Assembly: GCA_951406725.2 (NCBI GenBank)
Contig: OX597817.1
Span: 112,592,001 to 112,656,000 of the forward strand
Length of the DNA stretch: 64,000 bases
Origin: Octopus vulgaris
Lineage: Eukaryota
Direction of reading: 5' to 3'
Positions 27,601-42,201 of the stretch are shown in pieces. Below the pieces are notes generated by a model. That model made no database searches. It was given only the letters and a program-made list of their open reading frames with translations, and had not been told where the DNA came from. Numbering within the stretch: position 1 is the first letter of the stretch; each line of letters opens with the position of its first letter. The position numbers and the translations under genes were made by a program.

Positions 27601-30600
27601 ATAATTAGGTCTAATAAACATATTTACTGATACAATTGTTCAGTAGTATTTTAATGATCAATTATAAGTTCTTCTTTTAAAATTATCAAGAGTTTGCTGA
27701 ACATCACACATCTTTTCCTGAAAAAGGAGTCTATAGCATTGTGGCATGATTACCAATAGTTCCATGAACATGCAAAATTCTTTCTGCATTTGAGTAATGT
27801 CCTTGTATGAAGGTTAAGAAATATTGAAGTTCTGAATTGTACTTCTTCACCACTGCTGCCCACCCTACCTGCTTCACCACCCTCATTTCCTCTCTAGCAT
27901 GTCAATCAATTTCACTGGTGATAGGCCCTGAATGAGAAACATATATTTAGTTCATTCATATCTTCACTTGTGACTTACAAATTAAATTGATTCATAAATT
28001 GAATAACTTTCTCCATGACAGCTTCAGGGATATCCTCAAAACAATTAAAATCTTGACAATTCTTTTCCCAGCAACATTGCAGTGTTGATTCCTTTAGCTT
28101 AACCCAAGAGACTTCAGTATTATTGATCACATTCCAGATATTGCATACATTACATAACTCTTTTAAGTTAGTTCCATCTTCCATTATCTGTTACCTGGAA
28201 AGTCTGTTTAACATCCTTCCTTGTGTAATACATATTGAAGGTTGATAATCCTGTTTCATCCATTTGTTAAATATCTTTTGTGATATTTGGAGACTGTTTC
28301 TAACTTAAGCAAGAGAGACAGCTATGTTTAGTATTGTTTTTGTAAACAGTTCTGATGAATCAATTCCCTGGGCTGCTATGTAACATACATTTTGTAGCAT
28401 GCATGACTAAATCATTTTGCATACATAATGCATGTGACTAGTCACCACAAGGTTGTTGAAACAATTGTGAACCATGAAATAAAAATAATATCATAAACTC
28501 CAATCTTCAATTTTCATTATATTTACACACACACATATGGATATACTTATATATAGATATATAATATACACAAAATGAGAGAGAGAGAGAAGAGAAAGAG
28601 AGCACCTACCAACAACAGAAAGGTGGAAAGAATTTCTGTCAATGCCTTCAATATTTTCGGCTATACACTCATACTCTCCAGCATCATTAAAAAGAACCCT
28701 TTGAAATGTTAATGCATTTCCTTCACTTCTAATTCTGTTGTCATACTGCAATGGTAGATTGTCTTTTTCCCACCGGTAACTTGGAGTTGGTTCGCCTTCA
28801 GCATCACAAAGTAAAGTCACCTGGCTGTTCAAGCTGACTTCTCTGTCTGTTTGACGATGAACTAATGAAGGAGCAGCTAGATATAAAGAAAAAGAAATAC
28901 AAATGAAACATCGAATATGTATGTAGACAACATTCAGATCAAAAGAAAAAAAAAAGACATTTCTAGAAATTGAACTCAAATCATTTGGATGCTGGCCAAA
29001 TACTTTTTATATTCGTCTTTCTTATGGAATTTTGTCTTTTCCTTTTCTTTTTGATTTGAATATTCAAAATGATTAATATGGAAGACGGAGTGTACTGGAA
29101 GCTTTATTTAGGACAAAAACCATTTCACCTTACCTCTACACTGTTCCCTAGTGGGTGGGGAATGATGTAAAGGAATCGAATGCACTCCATATTGCAGAAG
29201 AAATTCCCTTAAGGCCACATAAAGCAGTTCAGTGTTATAAGATGTACATTTTGCTGATTGATTTAAATACATACATATTCTCTCTCTCTCTCTCTCCCTC
29301 TTTCTCATACATACATACACACACACATATACTAACATACATACAGTACAGGTCTGAATGTCATGTTTTTGGGGGTCCTTATCTCTATCCACTTTACAGT
29401 ATGTCTCCTTGTCTTGACATGAGGGCATTTTATTGTGCCATAAGCAAAAGACATGTCTGCAGAAAGACTTAAGAGTCACCTCTAATCTAATTCAATTTTA
29501 ATTCGTAGTTACTGCTTTCCAAGATGGGTTGCTTTCATTATGGCTGCTTCCTAGTCACATTGCCTTCACCATGGGTAAGAAACCATGTCTTTCTGTGATG
29601 TAAAGAGTAAGGTGAAGGAGGTTCATATATTCCCAGTGGCACTCAAAAGCCACTGATAATAATGGTTGTATCTACTATGTAAGAAAGGGTAGAGGCTTAG
29701 ATATAGTTCACAGTAGCACTCTTGCAAGTTGCTCAATTTATCCTATATAACTTGTTTTTTCTTCATATTTACTGCTTTCCCTCTCTGATGGTCGCTCCTT
29801 GTCATGGTGAAGGATCTTGCATGGACGAATGACTCTAAGAGTGATACTGTCAGGAGCTCTGAACTGGTAGGGCTACCTTTGGTGGTAAGGTCATAGACAA
29901 GGATCCAGACTAAGTGCAACTAACCCCAAAAGACCTCAACAGTGGAACAAGCAGATGATAATTACAACAGATCACAGTGCTTGAATCAGTGGATGAAAAG
30001 GGCTATGCATGACAGATATATTACAGAATGTGCCGTTCAAAACTATAACCTGGTCAGTAGCAGTCCATTGTAGTTTCATAATTGGATCCTGCATGCCTCA
30101 TTCTTTATGTGCCATAGAGGAAAATCATGAAACCAAGTGTATGGATCACTTCCTGGCAAGTTGAGGTTTACCTTAAACAAATCCATGCCATCGGTACTTT
30201 CTTCTACTCTGATTGTATTACTGCTTTCATTGACAGGTTACTTTCACTTCAGCTTGCAGAGTCCACATCTTCATTGCAAGATTAGGACAAAACTGTTTTC
30301 ATATACTGCTGAGCTTGTTACATCACCTTCACCAAAGCTGAGAAGCCTAAACTTTTCATAATGTAGGGAGGAGGTTTAGCTGCCACAAGAACTGTCAGTC
30401 TAATGTTACTAAGAATAAAAAGATCTTTGCTGAGCAAATTAGAAGGCGGAGGTTACAGTTGTAGTATGAGATAACTGGGAATGAGTTTGTCTGCATGGTG
30501 TAGTTAAAAGCAGTGCTTAGCTACCAAGGGCACATTCTATAATATACTAATGGCAGCTGGTTATGAAATATCAAGTAATTAGCTTTATTTATCACACACT

Positions 30601-33600
30601 AATATGTGAGAAGTATACTCTTTGTATTTCACATGCATGTATACACATATTGATGCATGAAACACATCTTTATTATTAAGATGCTGGCATGGCTGGGTGG
30701 TAAGAAGTTTGCTTCTCAACCACATGATTCTGGGTTCAGTTCCACTGCATGGCATCATGGGCATATGACTTTTACTACAGCCCAGGTTGACCAGGTTGTG
30801 AATGGATATGGACTTGGTAAATGAAAACTGAAAGAAGCCCACCATACATGTGTGTGTATGTGTGTTTGTATGTGTGTGCGTGCATGTGTGTGTGAATGTG
30901 AGCATGTGAGAGTTTGTGTCTCCTTGTCTAGACATCACATGACAGTTGTAAATGAATGTCCCTCTCATACAAGTAGTGTCATTCTCGTCCAATATTCTGC
31001 ATGGATATGTTTGGCCACAGGGAAATATTATCTTGCTCAGAAACAGATAGGAGTTAATGCAAAAGGGGCATCTGCCTGTAGAAAATCTACCTTAAATAAA
31101 CTCTGATCCATGCAATCTTGGGAAAGTGGACATTAAATGATGATCATTATAATTAACACTAATGGAAACATTATGAGACATATGTAAAACGTAAATAGAT
31201 ATATACATTTGCATGTGTGTGTGTGTAGATTTAAGCATGAGAATATACAAATGAGCAGTTAAAGATATATAAGATATAAAGATATACAGTTGCAGACAGT
31301 TACACAAAACTTCATTTCTTCATGTACGCATACACATTCATGCATTAATACAATACAGTAAGAAATCTCTGAGAATGAAGCAAGGACTTACTTCTTGGAC
31401 TTACAGCCAAATAAGCAGTTGCCTCTCTGGAACCAGCAGTGCTCTCGGCACGACATATGTATAGGCCACGATCATCTATATTGACCTGCAGAATCCTCAA
31501 TTCATTGCTTGTGATAGTAAAACGACCATTGTTTGGTAAAGCTTCACCTGTGATAAAAATTTGATTTAGGACATATCTTTATAAGAATGCATGAATTAAT
31601 AAATAATAATAACCATAATAAGTTTTCCAAATTTTGGCACAAGACCGAAAATTTTAAGGAGTCAGGGAAGTTGATTATATTGGTCTCAGTGCGTATTTTA
31701 TCAACCCCAAAAGGGTGAAAGGTGAAGGCATGTGGCTTAGTGGTTAGGGTGTCAGCATCATGATCATAAGATTGTGGTTTCGATTCCTGGACCGGACGAC
31801 GCATTGTGTTCTTGAGAAAAACACTTCATTTCATGTTGCTCCAGTCCACTCAGCTGGGGAACACATATGCCATTGAATCTGGGAAACCGGGCCCATGAGC
31901 CTCGCTAGGCTTTAAAAGGGTGCATTAGTGGAGGGGCAATGGCCCAGTAGTTAGGGTAGCGGACTCGCGGTCGGAGGATTGCGGTTTTGATTCCCAGACT
32001 GGGCGTTGTGTGTATTTATTGAGTGAAAACAGCTAAAGCTCCACAAAGTACCTGCAGGGGTTGGTGGCGATCCCTGTTGTACTCTTTTGCTCCAACTTTC
32101 TCTCACTCTTTCTGCCTATTTCTTGAGTAACGCTGCGATGGACTGGCATCCTGTCCAGCTGGGGGGAACACATTCATTATAGAAACCGGGAAACCGGGCC
32201 CATGAGCCTGGCTAGGCTTGAAAAGGGCGCATAAAAAAAAAGGGTGAAAGGCAGAATTGACCTCAATGCCATTTGAACCCAGAAAATAAAGAGCTTGAAG
32301 AAATGCTACTGGTCATTTTTGTCCAGTGTGGTAATGATTCTGCCAGACATTGATGATGAAATCTATCAATTGATTCAAGGTAATTATCTCTTGCCAAAGC
32401 CAGATCGAGATCCAGTGCTCTCTACCAGGTATCACATGAGCTGGAGGTTCTCATATATAGACAGCATGGCTTTTTACAGGTATGCAACACTATTTGCAAT
32501 AGGTGCCTCTTTGAAAGCAGCTTGACCAAAATCTATAACTCTGCTCTCATTCTTTTATTTTAGTAAATATTTTATTTTAAATTCTTAGAAAAAATAAATT
32601 AAAAGAGAAGAGTTATCTCTCTTAACAGCTATGACATCACACACTGCTTGCTAATTGATAAGATAGGGAATGGGAGCAACTTTTAATGAAAGTATTGCAC
32701 ATGTACAAAAGGCAAACTTAGCATTGTATAAAAATTATTTCAAATGAATTGAAAAGCACTGAGACATTGTAGTTTAACATTTTTTTACAACAGAAGTCAT
32801 TAGATGTTTTGATGATTCCTACCAGTGATATGACAAGACAATGTGGGAACCTATATGTAGTAGATTAACCTGCAGACAATCTCCTTTAATGTCTTTTTTT
32901 TTTTAAAAAAAAAAGGAAAGTTATATTTGGTTATGTAGTCTGTGATAAATTATATTGATTAGAATACTTTTCATCATAGGTTTGCTCTGTTGTGCCTGAC
33001 CTAGGAAACAACAGCAAGTGAAACTAACTAACTATCTACTACTACTACTACAAGAAGGGAAAATATGGTAATATTCAATATCAGAACTAATTAAATTCAA
33101 ATTATTACCACAGAATATTAACCTATTAGCATTCAGATTACATCTTGTCAAATATATAATACTTATTTATCCATGTTGCTTTGAATTAATCATGCATTAT
33201 CTCACAGCTTTGAGATTTCAATGATGTGATTATTTATATTTAGAATGACATTGTAGGGTAGGTGTGAGAGGCTAGATCTTGCTGGTTTGGTAGCTTATTT
33301 GGGCTGGATATAGCCAGTTTAAAAGGTAAAGGATTAATACAAGAAATGGAGACTTCATTCAAAATGTAGAATCAATATTTAAAAAACTATAATAAACCAA
33401 CTGAGAGCATCCGCATAGTTACTTGACCTGCTTGAAATAGCACCCAAATCACTTGCAGATCATATCCTGTCTTCTTAAAAATGAGAAAGTACATTAAATA
33501 ATAGAGCTCATGATAGCCTTAGGAAGATGAGATGATCACAGTTGAAATACATTGCTGGACTAAGGGTTCATCTGGGTTAAACAGAAACAATAACATAAAA

Positions 33601-36260
33601 AGAAAGATTATCAAGAATCAGAACCAAAGTGCAGGTCCAAAGTCAAAGCAAATGTAAAAAGCAAACTCTGATCTGAGTAGTCCCAGAAAATAAATGACAC
33701 ATAGATGAACTGAGGTAATGTAGAATAAAGTGTCTTGTTCAGAAGCAAAAAAGAAAAAAAAAAACCAGAAGACATGTCATTGGAGGAAATGACTTCATAA
33801 TCCACAAGGTTGCAGTTCTATACGTAGGTGTGAGAGGCTAGATCTTGCTGGTTTGGTAGCTTATTTGGGCTGGATATAGCCAGTTTAAAAGGTAAAGGAT
33901 TAATACAAGAAATGGAGACTTCATTCAAAATGTAGAATCAATATTTAAAAAACTATAATAAACCAACTGAGAGCATCCACATAGTTACTTGACCTGCTTG
34001 AAATAGCACCCAAATCACTTGCAGATCATATCCTGTCTTCTTAAAAATGAGAAAGTACATTAAATAATAGAGCTCATGATAGCCTTAGGAAGATGAGATG
34101 ATCACAGTTGAAATACATTGCTGGACTAAGGGTTCATCTGGGTTAAACAGAAACAATAACATAAAAAGAAAGATTATCAAGAATCAGAACCAAAGTGCAG
34201 GTCCAAAGTCAAAGCAAATGTAAAAAGCAAACTCTGATCTGAGTAGTCCCAGAAAATAAATGACACATAGATGAACTGAGGTAATGTAGAATAAAGTGTC
34301 TTGTTCAGAAGCAAAAAAGAAAAAAAAAAAACCCAGAAGACATGTCATTGGAGGAAATGACTTCATAATCCACAAGGTTGCAGTTCTATACTTCGTCCAC
34401 ATGACTAGCTTGCCTGTTCAGAAATGCTAATTAATACATATGGAATGTCATACAACAATAGATATATAATATAAGAGATACAAAAATTTTAACAATTATA
34501 TGATTACTTTGGCAAATAAAAAGCATAGATTCATTAATATGTATAAATGACATTATACATAAACACACACATGCCTCAAAAATAAATAGACACTCCTCAG
34601 TATAAAATTTTATCTGTGCAGACACTACCTGTTACTTCAAACATGCAAAGTATTTATTATGCACAAGGCATGTCTACTAAATAGTAGATTAAGTATTTAA
34701 ATGCATCAAATGATGTTATTTTCTTTCTAGTAATCTTTCAAAACTGATGGTGTCTATTTACTTTTGAGATGTGTGTATATAAATTGTTGGATACACAAAA
34801 ACATCTATTGTGTCAGGATATTTCTGATTACAAATGAAGTCTTTTATAACAAGTACTGAATTTCATTAATATACATACCACTTTTTGACCAAGTGATGAT
34901 TGGGACAGGATTGCCTTGAGCACGACACCTAAGAGTTGCAGAAGACCCTTCTGGTACAGTTTGATCTCTTGGTGGTTCAAAGAAGGCTGGTGGAACTGAA
35001 ATAATAATAAATGATCATTGAAAGTAATAATAGTTTCTGTTTAGGCACAATGCTAGCAATTTTTGAGGCAGCAGTGGGGGAGATTATTTTAATAACTTTA
35101 TCCTCAGTACTTGAATAGTACTTTATTTTATCAACCCCAGAAGGATAAAATGTAAAGTTAACTTGGGGAGGATTTGAACTAACAATATAAAGAGCTGGAA
35201 TAAAGACCCCCAAGATATTTTTACCAATGCTTTAACAATTTTATCATTCCATATAGTCATCATAATATTGAATCATCATAGAAGTACAAAATCTCATATT
35301 TTTTTTGAGGTGAGAAATTTGATTGTATCATGTTCATATGTTTGCTAAGAAAAAGTGGGGTAAAATGTTTACAAGTGACAACCAACACTTGCTTGTGGAC
35401 CTGGCTTGCCAAGTTCTTACCTCTATATTACTGTGCTTACCTTGGTTAGCAGAGTACCAAAATAAAATTAAAAACAAGATTAGAAACATAAAAAATGATG
35501 GCATTTAGAATTAAAAACCAGATAACGTAAAGTATCTACTTTTGCCTTTTGTTATCTGTGTTAACTTACAACTGTCTTTTTATTTATGAGCCATCATGAA
35601 AGCTTCAGTAAGGTTACTCAACTTGTTAGTATTAGTAACCTAATCTAACCATAAATCCCATTCTGTTGTCTTAAAAGAGGAAGGACACATTACACTGGAT
35701 AACATTGTCCAAGATATATTATGCCTTAAATTAAAGACTGGATAGTCATGACTAGAATGCTTTTAATAATAAACTAGATTGATTTTAGGGCTGATCAGAA
35801 GCTGAACATATTTTTATAGAACATGAATAAGGAAAGAAATAAAAAATGGTTCTCAACATAATTAAAGAGTGATGATTCTATTGAACTTCCAGAAAGCAAA
35901 GGAAATAGTAACTTTGACTTTACTAGATAGTAATTCTCATGGTTAAATTTCTTTTGTTTTTGTTTTTATGATAGCCTCAAGAGTTCTCCCCACCCACACA
36001 CATCATTCATGGGTCGCAATAATGGTGATCTTTTATCTTTTATCAGTCATTAAACTGGCCATATTGGAGCACTATCTTAGAGGATTTTTTAGTTGAATGA
36101 ATTGCTGGGTACTTATTTTTTTAAAGCCAGGTCCTCATTCCATTGGTCTCTTTGCTGACCCACTAAATTATAGGGACATAAACAGACCAGCACCAGTTGT
36201 CAAGTGGTGGAGTGGGAGAGACAAATACAGACACAAAAACATACACACACACACACACAT

Positions 36261-36307
<47 letters not shown>

Positions 36308-39158
36308 CACACATACAATGGACTTCTTTCAGTTTCTGTCAACAAAATTAACTCACAAGACTTTGATTGATCTAGGGCTATAGTAGAAGGCACTTGCCCA
36401 AGGTTCCATGCTGTGGAACTGAACTCAAAACCATGTTGTTGGGAAGTAAGCTTCTTACCTAATGGTCAAGCCAGCAATATTAAGTTTTTTTTTTTATGTC
36501 TGATTTCTCAATCATGAATTCAAACTTTACAACAATAATTATCTCACTCATATACTCATAAACTTGGACAAGTATACTTATGTTGGTTGTTATAATCAAA
36601 ACATTTCAACAGGTGTACATTTTTTGCCTTCTTCAAGAAAATGAGACAGCGAATATAAGAGTTGATTAAGAGCCAAATGTTAAGTGCCATAGTTTAATGA
36701 TGGATTAAGTTCATTCCCTCAGACAATCAAACAGTATATATACTCTAATGGAAGCTGAATGAGCAAGCAATTCACAAGTAGGAGAATAGCTAATTGGAGA
36801 ATATCCCTAGTTTGGATAGTGGAATGAGGATGATCTTTCTTCCATGGATTTCATAAAGGATTCAATACAAAATTCTGAAAATGTTACTGAATAAGACAAG
36901 TGTCAGAAGAAGGGCAGAGGGTACAATGGCTGAAATTTTGTGACTATAACAATTAAAATTAGAACACCTGTCTGAATATATCATGATGATAATTATTAGT
37001 ATATTATGCTGATATAATGATGATAATTATTCACCTAAGAAGTTCAGATCATCATCATCATTGCCATCATCATCGTTTAACGTCCGTTTTCCAAGCTGGC
37101 ATGGGTTGGATGGTTTGACTGGGGACGGGCTGCAACAGGCTCCAATCTGATCTGGCAAGGTTTTTACAGCTGGATGCCCTTCATAACACCAACCACTCTG
37201 AGAGTGTAGTGGGTGCTTTTTATGTGCCAGTCATGAGAGCCAGTCAGGCAGCACTGGCATCAGCCATGTTCTGATGGTGCTTTTTACGTGCCACCAGCAC
37301 AGGAGCCAGTCAGGGTGAGGTGGGGTGGTGGCTGGTATCGACCACGTTTGGATGGTGCTTTTTACATGCCGCTGGCATGGGACCACTCAAGCGGTACTGG
37401 CATCGACCCACACATGAATGGTGCTTAATGCGTGCCACCAGCACGGGAGTCAGTCAGGTGGCACTGGCATCAGCCACAACTACAATTTCCATTTTAATTT
37501 CGATTTGATTGAGATCTTGATTGTGATTTTGCTTTTGATTTTACTTGACTCAATAGGTCCCCATGAACACCATGGAAGATACCAGACTGCTGTCCGACAT
37601 GCCTATTAAAATCTCCAGCCACAAAGACAAGGTCATTGCCACTCGTCTTTGTGGTAGCCTGTAGAAGACTATCATAAAAAGTGGTCCATCTGATCATTTG
37701 GTAGGCCCACTTGTGGGACATAGACAGAGATAATTATAGCTATACTAATAAATAATTAACCTGTATTTAATTTTAAATTCCTCAGTCTATCTGTCCAACA
37801 ATAGGGTGAATAGGATTTATTCTAACTTCATTTTTCAAGGATTGTCATTAAAAGAACTTCCAACTGTAAAACCAATAGAAATGCAAAATGAAGTAAAACT
37901 AAATAAGATGAATTTGTATGCATAGTCAAAATCTCCATGAATTTCACTTGAAGTTCCATGTTCCTTTCAATGGACTTCTTGTTGCACAGTCTAATGACTG
38001 AATGACAAGAAACAAATGATGTTGGCATTGTATGCTACATTATTAATCAGAAATGCATCTCTTAAAGAACAAGAACATTAGGCATTTTGAAACATAAATT
38101 TTTTTCACCTCCTAAGCCATCAAAATGAGTGAGTGCACATGCAAGCGAGTGTCTGTGTGTCTGGCATATGTGCGTGTGTATGTGCGCACGTGTGCGTGTG
38201 TGTGCGTGCACGTGTGTGTGTGTGTTGTGTGTTGATATGAATTATGCCTGTTTGAGTCAATCATGATTCTATGTTTGTCAGCAAGGAAAATATGTCGCTA
38301 GAATTAAATTCTGCATTCACAAGCTACTTACTTTGCAAGGTTATTCGTAATTCCCTTGTAATAGTACCAGAACTGCTTGTAGCTGTACACCGATAAAGGC
38401 CCTGGTCATTTTGCTGAATGTTCACAATGAAAAGGGAACCAGTTGTTGATAGAGTTATATGATCAGGAGTTGACAGGGGTAGATTATCCTTAGTCCAGCT
38501 GATTCTGGCAGATGAGTCATCATCTTCTACACACTGAAGTGTAATGTTATCTCCTTGCTTAGCCATGATGTCAAGCAATTCTCCTTGAAAACTTCCACTG
38601 TCTGGAATTACACAAAGGTACAAGCATACAGAATTCAGGAATAACTAAGCACAACAGATATTTAGGAATTACAGTTGTTTTAATTGTATTTTTAGATGAA
38701 TAAAAGACAAAACAAAACCATTTCACATTAAAAAACGTAAAATACACCTAAATAACAAAACCGGTAAATTTCTTTGGCCAGTCCCAAAAAGTTGAAATTA
38801 CTTCATATAAAACTCTTATTTTGACCATTGTAACATTACCAGAATCTTAGAATATTGGCAAAATGTATGTAAGAAATTGTCACACTACACCTTATATAAC
38901 TAAGCACTGAATGATTTAATGACAATGTAAGACATACAGTCCTGGACTAAATTAGTATGTAGCGTATCAAAGATTCAGAGCTTATGTGTTGCTTTTAAGC
39001 ATCTGATTGGCTTCATTCAAATCAAAGTAGAGTTTTCTGCTTCTACTACTCAGCACAATTTATTATCATTATTATTATTATTATTATTATAATTATTATT
39101 ATTATTATAATTGTTATAATTATTATAATTATAATTATTATTATTATTATAATTATTA

Positions 39159-39225
<67 letters not shown>

Positions 39226-40425
39226 TATTATCATTATCATTATTATTCTGTTTGACTTTTGCTTTATGTCTGTACAAGTTGGCTCCAAGTCTCACCCAGA
39301 GACCTCAAGAGACAACAGGTTGGAAGTTCACGTTGTTGTTATGCCTAGTGTGCCATATATTTGGGGTTTTTTTTGGTGTTGTACTAGTGAATGTCTAATA
39401 CATAAATTAAAAAAAAAAAAAAGTTTGTTTTAAACCTTGGGATTACATAGAGAGTATTTTGCGTAGGATATGAGCAGTTCCCATGAGCACTATCTTTTGA
39501 ATTTCTGCCATTTTGGGTTTTCCTGGTATCTGAGTTAGGTAGCAATCAGCCCCTTTCGCTATCATTCCCAGGGCACCTATGACAACAGGTATTGTTTTAG
39601 TCTTCAGGTTCCACATTTTGCTGATTTCTATTTCAAGATCTTTATATTTGCTCAGTTTTTGGTAGGTCTTGGCAGATACGTTTATATCGATTGGGACAGT
39701 CATATCAATGAGGAGGCATGTTCTTTGTCTGAAGTCTTTCAATATGATGTCTGGCCTATTTGCATCTATCTTTCTGTCAGTTTGAATGGTGAAGTTCCAG
39801 AGGAGTGAGATGTGGTCATTTTCAAGCACTGGAGGTGGATTGTGTTCCCACCAGTTTTTTTCATGGGGCAAATCCAGGTTTTTGCAAATTACCCAGTGAA
39901 TATATTGTGCAGCTCTATCATGCCTGTTGAGGTACTCTGTAGGTGCTAGAAGACTGCATTTGGAGACAACATGATCAATGGTTTCATTTTGTTGTCGGCA
40001 TACACGCCATGTTGGGCTACTGCCGTTCTTTAATATGTTTGCCTGGTAGTTTCTTGTTGGTAGGCATTGATCTTGAGCTGCTATGATAAACCCATCTGTT
40101 TCAGATTTTAAGCCAGAGGCCATTAACCATTGATAGGTCAGGGCTTTGTCAATATCTGCATTATTCGCTCTCTTTGGGTATTTGCCATAGAGAGGTTTTT
40201 CTTGCCATTTATTATTCAGAATATCTAAGGCCGCAGTTTTGGCACGGGTTTTCATGCGCCTAGCTTTTTCTGTGCTTGTTTCTTGTATGTCTATCTCTAA
40301 TTCCGAAATTTGTTGTATTTGGAATTCACTTAGATATTCCTTTGCCTGTTTTGTTACTGAGTATGATGCTTTCTTGTTTTCATGTTTTGAGACAAGTTTT
40401 AACATCCAGTTTCAGACTTTTTCAG

Positions 40426-40463
<38 letters not shown>

Positions 40464-40969
40464 CATCATCATCATCATTATTTAGTAAATCAGTAATACA
40501 TTGATTTCCCTTAGCTTTTAAATATTCTTTTGATAACTTTGATTCTTAAAGTAAAACTTCTCCCATGTAACCTTTTGAAACTAATAAATAAAAGAAAAAC
40601 CGAGGAGTTATGAAAAAGTTAATGATAACTGATTTACTAAAAGACTTAAAAGAGGAACGGGTGAAAAATGAAAATAAAAATATAAGACTGCAATATTAGG
40701 TCTGTAAAATTGTCAGAAATATTAAAGCACTCAGATTCTGAGATTAAATCCCATTGGCATCAGTTTTGCTTTTCATCTATTTCTAAAATCAATAAAATAA
40801 TGTCCAGTCGATTCAGTCAAAGAAACTGATAATAAGGAATTAAGAAATAAAAGACAGTGGTTATTTTACCAAATCTCCGAGCTGGAAGTCTTTGTTGACG
40901 TGGAGGAAAGATTCTTCGTGCTGTACAAAGAAACAGATGTATGTATATATAAATAAATATATATATATA

Positions 40970-41020
<51 letters not shown>

Positions 41021-42170
41021 TCAAGAGAATATTTGATAATCATATCAATTCAAACTTTGTTAAACATAGAATTTGTTACAAATGAATAGCAGTAAATTAT
41101 ATTTAAGTTAAACAGTTTATACATTTTATTTAACAAGTGAATAAAGCTAAAACTTACATCAACACCCTAAAAAACACCCATCTACTGTACACCTCAAGAA
41201 ACTTTATAGACAAAAGGGAACAATTTCATGCAAAGGTAAAATCGAGGCCAAAAGAAACATGTAGAAAATTAAGAATGCGATAAAAAAAGAAAGATTATAC
41301 AAGATGTAAAAGAGAGCTGGTAGCAAGGAAGATATGAAAGAGAAACAGAGAGGGGAGACAAACAGACAGAAACAGAAATACTAACACACATCCTAGTTTA
41401 CTAAGAAGGGTTCATCATCATCATGAAAAGAAGGGTTATACAATATAAAAGAAGGGTTATACAATATACAAAGAAGAGTTATACAATATAGAAATTATCT
41501 AAGTTTCTTGAAATAAGTATTAAAATCTCTCAATGCTCTTTAAATAAGACATGAGAAAAGTTTTGTTTAATATTGTAAAACAAAAAATCGAACAAGCAAA
41601 ACTACAATCTGGAACACTTATACTTACAATGTGGCTGAGCTGGAAATCTTACTGGGGCCTCAGTGACTCGTGGGCGAGCAGCTGATAGAAAATGAGAAAA
41701 ATAATGATGACATGATATTATACTTTTAGAATTGCTAACTATAGACAATATATATATATCAATAAAATTTCAAAAAATGTTACACATTTATATGTAACAA
41801 CAATTAGAATGTAAAAAAAAATCTACAAATAAATGTGTATATAAATACAAATGTACATGTACACCACATATATGCATAGATATATGTGAAAGAATGCATG
41901 TATACATACACTCACATATATAGATGGACATATAGTTGCATGTCTACATATATAAATATATGCAATAGGAATGTTATTTATACCAAATTGGTGGTAAAGA
42001 CAGGACTATCATCATCGTGTTTTTTTCAACAACATCAATGAAACACAACCTCATAAGAAAAAAAAACAACTTAAAATGCTATTTGCAAAAAAGGTCAGTC
42101 AAAATAATACCAGAAATAGTGTACTGATGATTTTAAGTACAAACTATCAATAAGCTAATAAGTACAAATA

Positions 42171-42201
<31 letters not shown>

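Noticed and set aside
29790-30470. Possible LINE 5' UTR relics with ribozyme
   Set aside because: Only vague resemblance; no ribozyme fold or family could be supported by eye.
33611-34402. Duplicated ORFs as tandem alternative exons
   Set aside because: No Ig or other motif; simply a consequence of the intronic duplication.
36900-36945. CAGAAGA...GAAAT hammerhead-like trace
   Set aside because: Both core halves are mutated and the helices are unconvincing.
39046-39295. Poly-Ile and poly-Asn ORFs
   Set aside because: Readings of the (ATT)n microsatellite.
39443-40405. 320-aa ORF as a peroxidasin exon or separate host gene
   Set aside because: It is the C-terminus of a retrotransposon ORF, and the gene is complete in frame without it.
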